From Antedon mediterranea (taxonomy: Eukaryota > Animalia > Echinodermata), in assembly GCF_964355755.1 (NCBI RefSeq), contig NC_092670.1, positions 14,556,795 through 14,620,794 on the forward strand: a stretch of DNA of 64,000 nt, in the 5' to 3' direction. The notes under the pieces were generated by a model. The model was given only the letters and a program-made list of their open reading frames with translations, searched no databases and had not been told where the DNA came from. Of the stretch, positions 12,389 through 23,144 are shown piece by piece. Position 1 is the stretch's first letter; the number at the start of each line of letters is the position of its first letter. Both the position numbers and the translations under genes were made by a program.

Positions 12389-12420
12389 TTTTGATTTAGA
12401 AGCTGAAGAAAATCCAAAGA

Positions 12421-15400
12421 ATGGCTGGAAAGGTAAATAAATTGGCATATTTGTGTATAGAATGTTTACATTTGTGCTTTGTTTTTAACCTTTGCTGTTA
12501 ATACTGGAGGTTGTTAATCATTGACATTGGCTAGCCTGAGTTTAGGCCTGCCTGGGCCTGAGCTAGCTAGGAGGTAGAGGGGGACCGTAAGTGGTAGTCT
12601 AGGCTAGTTGAAGTTCCTTTCGTTCCTGAAGACCCTAGATAGGCCCTAGGCCTAGGCTTTATCGAGCTTGCTTTAACTTTAGGTTTTTATTTTGAAATTT
12701 ATGTGGATAATATTCTGATAATATGCCTAGTAGGGCGGCCTATTATTAGTAACTATATAGGCCTAGGCCCTTAACTAATAATATTAATTTTAAATCATAA
12801 ATAATTAGGCTATATAATAATTAATACAGTATACAAATTTAAATAGGCCTAGGCCTAGGCTACTGTAGGCTGCTAGGTCTAGTAGTAAGTAGGCATACTT
12901 TACTCATGGAGGTAGGCCCTATCTATAATTTTGTTTTGAAGTGTGGAATAGTGATCTGTCTAGATGTTGGGCCTACAATGGACCAAGCTCCCGCAAACCA
13001 TGAAAGTTCTCTGGACACAGCACGCACTGCAGTATCAACACTACTTCAAAGAAAAGTAAGTTAAAAGTACAATAAACAATCAAATTCAACAGTTCCACAT
13101 AAAGATTATATTACTTAACAACCACTTGTTTTACTTTACATGATTAACATTAACAATAAAATTGTGTGTATTTTGCAAATATTAATCTAATACCAGGTAT
13201 TTGCTGAGTCTAAAGATGAGGTTGCCTTAATTTTGTTTGGTACCAATGAGACAGCTAATCACATGGAGGAAAATGGTTACAGTAACATCAAACAGGTTCG
13301 TCCAATGGGACCCGCTGATTTTAATCTGGTTGACTATGTAGAAAACGAGATAGTACCTGGTAACCAATCTGCTGACTGTATCCTTTTGATAATGCTTAAA
13401 CTACATTATAAATTTAATAAATAAAGGAAACAAATTTGGTTCACAGATTGAAAGTGAAGCTCAGAAATGGAGAGATTTTTTTTCCCTAAGAGCATGAAGA
13501 AATCATTATTTAGAGATGGATGAGTTTTCTATAGGCACGGTCGATTGTGTAAATTAGTTAGTACAGTATATTGTGTTATCAATACAGGGCAACTAAGTGT
13601 GCCAATCATGTACCTAAAACATTTTTACAAGCATGCCAATAGGAATTAATATGTCTGGTTGACTGTGCCAATAATTACTGTGCTAATAATCATTTCCGAC
13701 AGAGATACTATACGCAAATATGTCTAAGTTTATTTTGTAGAAACAGTTAAGTATTGTTTGAACCTTAATTATTGATTTACTGCAGTTATTGATGCATTGG
13801 TTGTAGGCTTAGATCTACTTCACAATACAACAACCGAAAAGAAGTTTGCATCAACTCGAATATTAATGTTTAGTGACTTGGCCGCACCTTTCAGCGATGA
13901 CAAGATAGATTCACTTATCAATGGCATTCAGAAGATGAAAACAGATGTTAACTTGATGTAAGATAGTTTCCAACTGTTAATTTATTTGTTGGTACAGTAT
14001 ACATATTGTTTTATAATAATTATAAAACAATATGTATACTGTACCAACAAATAAAATAATAAAGATGTTGCTTTTCCTCTTTTTTTCATAAGCATACCTG
14101 TACGCAATTTAATTAAGGCACGGACACTGCAATTTATAGACATGAAATTGGCACAGGCTCTCCTCAACCATAGTTCTTGTGGTAGTCTTCTCAGAAAATG
14201 ATTAGGGAGTCCATTGTACGCTTGGGTGCTTTTAAAAGAACCTAGTTCATCATCAGAAGTTCATATCGGACAGCCCTTGTCATGGGCAGAAAGAAAGTTG
14301 TTGACTGTATTGTCTACCCCTGTGTGCGTTTCAGCCATGAATCACAGATTATTATCCTACATTTTGAAACTGTGTATATTACATAAAACATTCCTCTATA
14401 TTTTAGTGGGCCAAATTTGGATGATGATTGGCAAAACGGAGATGAAAATCAGCCTAGCACCTCAAGAGGAAGAGGAGGAAGCGGTGATGTAAATCGGAAA
14501 CAGAAAACTCCTCAACAACGAGCAGGTGCTGCCCTCATGAAGCACTTCCTTCAACAGATCGATGGTGGAAGTTACGAATTCAGGTAATTCTCCTATTCAA
14601 GCATGAAATTGAGAGATGGGAAACTGAACAAATAATGGAAAAGGAAAAAAATTTGGCCAATCATTTTAATGTTGCATAAGAGTTATTTACTTTGACCAAA
14701 AAATTACATATGTGATAAAACAATTAAGGTAAAGATAAAAATGGTCAACCAGAAGCCAAAATGCCAATGCTTAAATTTAATCTGTTTTGTCTTTTTTTAT
14801 AAGCGAATCATTTTGGTAAATTCTTTTTTCAAATTTGAATAATTTTTAATAAAACTTCAAAAATTGATAAAACTATACAAAATTTGATATTGTACATCTT
14901 TAGTTTTTCATGTTTTGAGGAATACTACCTGCTACATCTTGAATGAATAGTCCATAATGACTGAGAAGATGCTTTATATAATTTCTTATATTTTTTCATT
15001 TTTTATTGTAGTGATATTATACCAATGCTCAGCTACTTTGAGAAGCGTACCGTAAAGCCCATGGCATGGAAATGCAAACTGAATATCGGAGATAATTTAG
15101 ACATAGCCTGTGCTGGTTATCTGAAGGTATGTCTATGTCCTTATGTCATAATAAAAGATGTCTATGTCCTAATAAGGGATGTCTTTGTCCTAATAAGGGG
15201 TGTCTATGTCATAATAAGAGATTGTTTATGTCCTGATAAGGGATGTCTATGTGTCCAAATAAGGAATGTCTATGTCAAAATAAGGGATGTATGTGCGTCC
15301 TAATAAGAGATGTCTACGTGTCCTAATAAGGGATGTCTACGTGTCCTAATAAAGGGATGTCTATATCCTAATAAAGGGATGTCTATGTCCTAATAAGGGA

Positions 15401-18400
15401 TTTCTACGTGTCCTAATAAGAGATGTCTACATGTTTTAATAAGGGATGTCTGTGTCCTAATAAGAGATTGTCTATGTCCTAATATAAAGAGATTGTCTAT
15501 GTGTCCTAATAAGATATTGTCTATGTGTCCTAATAAGGGATGTCTACATGTCCTAATAAGGGATGTCTACATGTCTTAATAAGAGATGTCTACGTGTTTT
15601 AATAAGGGATGTCTATGTGTCCTAATAAGGGATGTCTATGTGTCCTAATAAGGGATGTCTACGTGTCCTAATAAGGGATGTCTACGTGTCCTAATAAGGG
15701 ATGTCATGTGTCCTAATAAGAGATGTCATGTGTCTTAATAAGAGATGTATACATATCCTAATAAGATAGTCTGTGTCCTAATAAGGGATGTCTATATATC
15801 CTGATTAGAGAGATAAAAAATAATTGAAAGACCAAGAATATTGTACTGTATTGTGAAGAGACATGAATATAAACAATTTGAAAATAGTTCTAGATAAGAA
15901 ATTATGTATGTAGAAAAAGTTATGTAAATATGAAAACATGGTTCAATATGACCTATGAAGAATAAACAACAAAACAAACAAAATGAACAAACAATAATAT
16001 AAAAAAAACACATTCAAATACATTTGTAATAATGTAAACCACCTATTGTTTCAACATAGAAATGTACCATATTTTCTTTATTCAAATTTTATTCTATTGT
16101 TCTTGTGTAAATATCTTAAATGATAATTTTCAGTGTCAAGAAAGTAAATTGAAGAAGTCTTGGGGCATGACGTATATAAAAGGGAAAGGTAAAGAGTACA
16201 AGCCACAGCGAGTTTCATCACATCACCTTAACAATGACGAAGAAACAGAAATAGAAAAAGAAGATATTGTGGATGGTTTGTAAATGTGAAATTATTTTAT
16301 AGTGTTAACACTATAGTTTGTCAGATATTTAGGGTCCAAGTGAAATGGATCAATCTTAAATAGTACACTATTTTGAGAAATACTTTTATGATTTCTTACA
16401 GCATATCGATATGGTTCAGATTTGATTCCAATGTCCAAAGAAGACAAAGAATCAATGGCCTATAAATCACCTGGGAAATGTTTACAGACGCTAGGTTTCA
16501 CCAAAGAAGAAAATGTAAGTTTGATTTCATGCATTTATTTATTGCCAGAAAAAAAACAACATGACAAAAATAGGAGATTAAAAAAAGGAAATTTGTAAAA
16601 AGATTTTTGCACACATGGCATGTCATACATATACTTGAGCTGGAAGAATAAAAATCTTGTAAATTATTACTAACATCATGAGCAGTTAGTAATGATTATT
16701 TATTCAATTCTCTCAAATTAAGATAAAAGAACATATGCGCATGGGAAAGGGTGTTTATCAGTTCATAGCAGAACCAGGTGATCAACATGCAGCTGTTGCG
16801 TTTTCTGCAATTGTTAATGCGTTATATGAAACTAAATCAGTCATCATTGTGCGACGATGTAGCACGGCCAGGAGTATGCCAACGATTGGTTACTTGGCAC
16901 CACAGATCAAAGCAAACTATGAGGTAAGTGTCAATCATTTGTTAATGGAGTAATAGGATATCTATTGATAATAATTGTTTGTTAAATTGTGAATTTTAAT
17001 GTTATTTAATACTCTGATATACAACACAAGATGATGAATTAATTAGTCGCACAAATAATTTAATACAAATAATTATTGTTTAAATTTTCTGGTTTACCAT
17101 AAAACGAGTGTCTAGACGGTGATTTGGCCCACTACTCTTAAAACGAAAAACATTTTTGGCAACATGGCATGTCATACCTTCACTTGAGCTAGTGCTTATC
17201 TGTGCAGTTTTTCTGTGTAATTTTACTGTTTTATTTCTTGATATATGATATGCCAGTTTGTCTGTTAATTTTTAAATGGACAAATAAAGATATTATGAAG
17301 AATCATAGCTTATCTGTGTTGGTGCAGTTTTTCTGTTTAATACTACTGTTTTATTTCTTTATATATGATATGCCAGTTTTTCTGTTCTTTTTCTATTTTT
17401 AAATAGACAAATACAGATACTATGAAGAATCATAGTTGCGGATAAAAGATTTCTTGTTCATGGCACTCGTAAAGGAATGCCAATAACATAAAGAAAATAA
17501 CTAGAAATTGAGACAAGTCTAGTATCAACACATGTAATCAAATATAATAATTGGTTGTTTTTTTTTTAGTGTTTGTGTTTCACAGAATTGCCCTATGCAG
17601 AAGACTTAAAACAATATACATTTCCATCACTGTCGTCAAATAAAAAGATACAGCCTACTGGTAAGCTTTGCATTGTCACATGCTAGTAAGCCTTCAAACC
17701 CATAGCCAAGAGGGTGTTTGAATGTTCATGAAGTGACCAGCAGTAGAAGTACTAAATAGGCCCAAATAGCCTAGATCATGATGGTGATTTCCCTCTTTGT
17801 AAAGACCCCCCCTCCCCCTATAAAAAATACTTGTTACGGACCTACTGAAAAATACGCAGACGTCTTATGCAACATGATACGCATAAAATACAACTGAACG
17901 TAATAACAATTTTATAGTTTATCAATGAAGAATTATTTAGAATAAAAAAAATATTCTTATTTTTAGATGAGCAATTGGAAGCTATGGATAATCTCATAAC
18001 ATCAATGGATTTAATAGAAGAAGAGTATGTACAGTATTTAAATTTACAGTTAAAAAAATTGCTATGTTATTGTTATTAGATTAATAACAATCGTAAATAA
18101 TAATTATTTATGTATATAAATGTGCAGAGGTAAAATTGTAATTATAAACTATCTATCGATTTTTGACAGACTATTACTATTTTATGTTAGCGATTTGCTT
18201 ATTTAAAAAATCCTAGATCCGTCCCTGATGTGTTCATTTTGCTTTACTTGATTTCAGGTTGAGTTGACTGAAAATGGTAGACGTTACATAAATTATAAAA
18301 ATAAGAAAATTATATTTCATAAAAAATGTTAACATTATATTTATTTAATTTATATTGTTTGAATTTTGTATTGTTTATTTTCAGAGGTGATGAAAAAGAG

Positions 18401-21400
18401 GAACTTTTTAAATCACAGAAGATACTGAATCCATACCTTCAAAGAATATTCCAGGTGAGAGGTTTTTGTCACTTTGAATATTCCAGGTGAGAGGTTATTG
18501 TCACTTTGAATATTCCAAGTGAGAGGTTTTTGTCACTTTGAATATTCCAAGTGAGAGGTTTTTGTCACTTTGAATATTCCAGGTGAGAGGTTTTTGTCAC
18601 TTGGAATATTCCAGGTGAGAGGTTTTTGTCACTTGGAATATTCCAGGTGAGAGGTTTTTGTCACTCTGAAAAGGGCTTTCCCAGCACAATACAGCAACAT
18701 TCTCTTTAGACTAACCAATCATTTGTATGCTGTGGGGTAACTTGAAAATACATAAAGTAATTTTTGTACGTAAAATCAGTCATAGGACAATTTTTGTAAT
18801 AATCATGGAATTTTTAACAGTTTAATCTTTGTTTGAAACCAAATTTTCGTTTCTAGTGATGGACCAATTAACTTACCAATGTTTCGTGCGTTAGCATCAC
18901 ACTTTTTCAAGGTAGTGATGTCAGCTTGATTTGCCGACACTGATTATGGCATAGTCACATGGTTTTATTGTGACATGCGCCCTCTCTGAGTTTTTATTTG
19001 AATACCTCTGGGTGAGTCCCAGAGGGGTAAGTTCAACGTTAATTTGTCCTTCATCTATCTATTTATCTATTATTGCCTTTTTAACATTTTATGTTTTGTA
19101 CTTACTGCTTCTTCTTCGGGTAGGTATTTTGAAGATAAAGAAATGACATTTTTCAAATTTGATCTTCTCATTGTTTCATAGTGCCTTCAACATCGTGCTT
19201 TACATGAGAATGACCCTTTGCCAGAGCCAAGTCACATCATCAACCAAACCTTACAGCCCAACGGAGCTGTTGAGGCGAGGTGTGCTTCAGAGTTAGACAG
19301 AGTGAAGCAGGTCTTCAAATTTGAAAACATTGAGAAGGATAAAACTATTGAAACAGGCAGTTCATTATGGAAAAGCAAGTTAGTGTATTACTTTCATAAA
19401 CTATTTTACTCTTCCCTCATAAATTAAACTCCCCTTGATTGATGCAAATGTTCAATTTTGTACATCTTTTGAACATCTAGTGATGTTAATGACAATGGTG
19501 AGCCAGCTGCTAAAGTTGCCAAGAGTGACGATGCAGGGGATTTCAGTATGGCAAGCATTGCTAAAGGGGCTGTTACAAAAGTTAGTATATTTATTTTCTC
19601 CTAATTTTCAATCAATCTTAAGTTAAAAGGTATGCAGCAGCACCTAATTATTATTTAAGCTTTGACAATGTAAATCAGAGGAAATTTTCAACATATTTAA
19701 TCAATGATATAAGCTGAAGGCTAGATGGATAGCTCCAATAGAATCTGTTCAAAGGGAAAATCAATGTATTGGATTATAGCACATGAGTTTAATTCCATCT
19801 ATTCTATAAAAAAAAAATGTACTTTGTCACAATATATATTTACAGCTTCTCTCTCCCCTTTGTTCTCGCTCCAGCCTTTCTGTTGTATTTCTAGATATGG
19901 CGTATAATGCTGGCTCACATTACACTGTTTTTGTAGCATACAACTAATAGTGTCAGGAGGACAGAATATTATGCTGTAAAACTTCTCATTCAAATACTGA
20001 CTGTATACTCTTGTTGTAGGTTGGAACTGTTGATCCTGTTAAAGATTTCAAAACCATTATTGCTCAGAATAAGGGGAAAGAATTTGAAAAAGGTAAATTT
20101 TTGTTTGTTCTCTAAAGGTGAAAGGTGGGAATGAGCTGTTAGAAGCTCATTGTACTAAGGCAATCTAACATCAGGACAATGAGCTCGCCTTGCCAAGATA
20201 GAAACTCATAACAGACCTTCGATTATGTCTGACTGTGCTACATTATTGTTCTGGCAAACTTCAGTAAATATTATTGTATTTTTATAGTTTGTGATGAGAT
20301 GATCAAGCAAATAAATGAATTACTAAAGCAATCCTTTGGGAAAAATATCTATGGAAAAGTAATGGATTGCATCAAAGCTCTTCGGCAGGAATGTTGCATA
20401 TTTGACCACTCCAACATCTTCAATGGATTCCTGAAGGATTTAAAAATTACACTTCCCACACTGTTGAAAGGAGACTTCTGGCAAGAAATTCAGAAAGGTA
20501 CTGTAAAAGTATTTGTTGAATTAATTAAATTAATTGTTTAACATACTGATATATTGTACATTAGAACCCCTATTAAATGGACATAGGCCCAACAGAGTGT
20601 TCTCTTACTAGATCCTGAATAGGGGTTGACCATAATGTTAAAATATACATTTTCCCTTGTTTGTTTTTTTTTATGAGAAAGTATCCCCAGGGGTTCTACT
20701 GCATATTACATATTTATGATGAATCCATATAGAAGTCATAAGGTCATGATTGATTGGTGTCTCAATGTGGTCACAGCACCCACAGAGAGGAGCTCCCTAC
20801 TTTTGGAATAGTGAGTCTACTGAGGGTTTTTCCTGCCCATGTGTTTATGGAACCCGACAACTTAACATCCCCTTTGAAAGACAAGACAATGAATTTAAAG
20901 CATCTAGCCCCCCAGTCAAATTCCATCAATCTCTCATATTAATCTTAAATGTGTCTTAAAGTTAATATAATTATATGTTTAATTGTCTCATAATATTGAA
21001 ACAAAATGTCAATATTGATGTTTGTTCTCTTGATTCTAGCTGGTGTCACATTAATAGCGAGCAGTGAATGCAGCACAAGTTCTGTAACAAAGGATGCTGC
21101 AATTCAGGTAATTTGCTAAATTAAAATATAGAATCATCTTGGCTATGGACAATTAGTTTCAAATCAGATTACTTTTAAACTTTTTTCTACGTTATATTTT
21201 TAGTTTCTTCAAGAACAAAAGCAAGAAAATGATGATCAGACTGCTGTTGCTCCCGAGGAAGATGAAGATGACTTGGTGAATATTAACATTTTATATTTTT
21301 TTTCTTATATTTGCAATATTTGTGCAGTGTTTGCATCCATTTACATCCTGGGTTTTCAGTACGTGTCTGGCCTATGAGTGCATTTCACATGGTCCGCTAA

Positions 21401-21688
21401 CATATAAGAGTTGAAATATAATGACCATACCTGTGTAAATCAATCTGTCCAGAGCAAAATAATAGTTCCTACTACCCCCAAACACTAGAGAGTGCTATAT
21501 AAATGTTTGTAATATTTGTTACTACTGTGTGCACACACTGTAAACAAGAGCAGGTTGCACAGTAGCATGTGATCATTAAACATAAAGTACTGACAGTGAT
21601 GTATTCTTAAATGCAAATTGTGTAACTTGGCTTATGTTTCCATTTGTTCCTAAATGCTTTTTTTTTCTTTCAGTTGGACATGATGTAA
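12421..21688 (+). CDS. XRCC5: Ku80 / X-ray repair cross-complementing protein 5 (NHEJ), 19 coding exons, 726 aa
   Basis: Exons 12421-12432, 12942-13055, 13197-13377, 13786-13957, 14407-14583, 15012-15126, 16134-16275, 16402-16514, 16723-16923, 17570-17660, 17967-18024, 18385-18454, 19182-19378, 19481-19580, 20020-20092, 20288-20497, 21040-21107, 21204-21275, 21674-21688. All introns are GT-AG with consistent phases; total 2181 nt. Motifs IVICLDVG, VFAESKDEVALILFGT, YRYGSDLIPMS, LPYAEDL, NPYLQRIFQCLQHRAL, VGTVDPVKDF and the C-terminal DNA-PKcs-binding tail EEDEDDLLDMM*. AATAAA at ~21863. Confidence 0.96.
13378..13785 (+). other. U12-type (minor spliceosome) GT-AG intron in Ku80
   Basis: 5' splice site GTATCCTTTT. 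Branch-like AACCTTAAT at 13761-13769, about 17 nt before the AG. The frame is restored across it (AD|FIDAL). Confidence 0.85.
15127..15810 (+). repeat. Minisatellite, ~21-24-bp units (GTCCTAATAAGGGATGTCTAT[GT]) in Ku80 intron 6
   Basis: About 30 variant copies beginning at the exon-6 donor. It explains the junk tail of ORF 15025-15303. Confidence 0.92.
18444..18669 (+). repeat. 7 x 32-bp tandem repeat spanning the Ku80 exon-12 donor
   Basis: Unit GAATATTCCAG|GTGAGAGGTTTTTGTCACTTT. Two units carry CCAAGTGAG instead. Confidence 0.95.
20558..20703. mobile_element. Decayed Tc1/mariner-like MITE in a Ku80 intron
   Basis: TACATTAGAACCCC ... GGGGTTCTACTGCA imperfect TIRs with TA-like flanks. Also present in the duplicate at ~56755-56890. 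Confidence 0.45.
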
Positions 21689-22014
21689 TGATTTTTCAAA
21701 AGGTGTATGATGGGAAAATGTATAAGATTAATTTTTGAATTTGTTAATTAACTAGAAATGTGTACAGTATTACTCTTTCAGTATTCTGTATTTAGTTTAG
21801 AGATTTGATATATTTTGTATATAAATTCACTCTTATATTAAACTATGATGATTGTACAGTTGAATAAACTGATCAACTCTAAATCTACCTGAAGTTCAAC
21901 TTATCTTCTTTTGTAAGAAAAAACAAATTATTATTGTTGCTTTTTGTTGCTATGCACTAAACTGTGCTATATCCGCTACACTGTGACATACATTTTCATT
22001 TGTACAAAATATAT

Positions 22015-22350
22015 TTTTTTTACCCAGGGCCTACCCAGATCAGGAGACAATACCCACTCGAATAGTGTACTAAGTTCCAAGTTCAGCTTTATGTCCCATT
22101 CAAAGGAGAAGGCAAATGAGAGTAAAGTATCCTGCTTAAGGATACACTCATTATGGCACAGGAAGGTTGGAATCAAACCAATGCCTCTCGTTATACTAGT
22201 TTGATCCCTTACTATTATGCCATATATTGTAAGGTCTACGGAAGGTCTACATAACACTCGTATGCCTAGACGGTCTCCTATCCAAATAATCTTCCCAGCC
22301 CAACGTTGCTTAAACTTCACTGATCTGATGAGAACCAGTGTTTTCAATGC
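22015..22350 (-). mobile_element. Degenerate 5S rRNA-headed SINE with a tRNA-SINE/Deu-like body
   Basis: Minus strand CATTGAAAACACTGGTTCTCATCAGATCAGTGAAGTTTAAGCAACG...TGGATAGGAGACCGTCTAGGCATAC..TGTAGAC matches metazoan 5S rRNA (~22241-22350). It is followed by GTGTATCCTTAAGCAGGATACTTTA, GGGACATAAAGCTG, CACTATTCGA and an A-tail. Confidence 0.7.
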
Positions 22351-23144
22351 CAATCTCCTCATATTTGAGTAAAATGGGATGTCCACAGTTTAAGATGAAG
22401 AAAATGTAGTAAATTTACTCAACCTACATACGATTATTTTGTAATTGATAACACTACAAAGAAGCAGATGTTGTATCTTTTTTTATTGCATCATTTAAAT
22501 ATGTTAAAGTAATTACATTTTTATTCCAATCGCATCAAATTTTAATTCGGACTCGGTTTATCAGGATTGTTTTCATAGCGAATTTCAACATACAGCGCAC
22601 GACTGCTGGACTACACAGCATCTAATCTAATAGACATTCTGTGAAAGGTCAGAAACATATTGAGCATGCGCAGACCGTTTATCAGCTACCTAATATACTG
22701 TGCCGCATAATCAAACGAAAAGTTTGCGATCAATTTCAATACGAAAGCTTTGCTATTATATTTATTTTATAAAGCATGAGCTCATACATTGTGATTACAA
22801 TGGTAAAATACATTTTAAAAAGCTACAGTTTTTATAAATTACACGAACGGTTATTTCTTTAACTATCTAAACCAAAGTAACATTGCACATACTCCCCGAC
22901 CATATCATTACCAACGACCAGCATTTTATCAGTACAAGCATGTATTTTAACTAAAGGCCGACAACCCTGTTTTCAGTACGGTATATACTGTACTTTCCCA
23001 CTTTAGATGTCATACCATCGGTTCATTAACCCTTTCCCCTAAATGTTTTACGCCTATCAACAAAATATCTGTCGTGATTACGGCCTTTGATCGAAGAAAA
23101 ATTTGTCTAGGTTTATAAAATGTTTGTACGATGTTTGGTTCCTA

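Noticed and set aside
18444-18669. 32-bp repeats resembling a CRISPR array
   Set aside because: The units are contiguous with no unique spacers, lie in a eukaryotic intron, and have no cas genes nearby.
22241-22350. Functional 5S rRNA gene (also ~58513-58622)
   Set aside because: The 5' end is missing, there are many substitutions and indels, it is fused to a SINE-like body, and it is not in an array.
21976-22386. 136-aa ORF duplicated at 58396-58659
   Set aside because: It overlaps the 5S-SINE, and the frame is broken by indels between the two copies.
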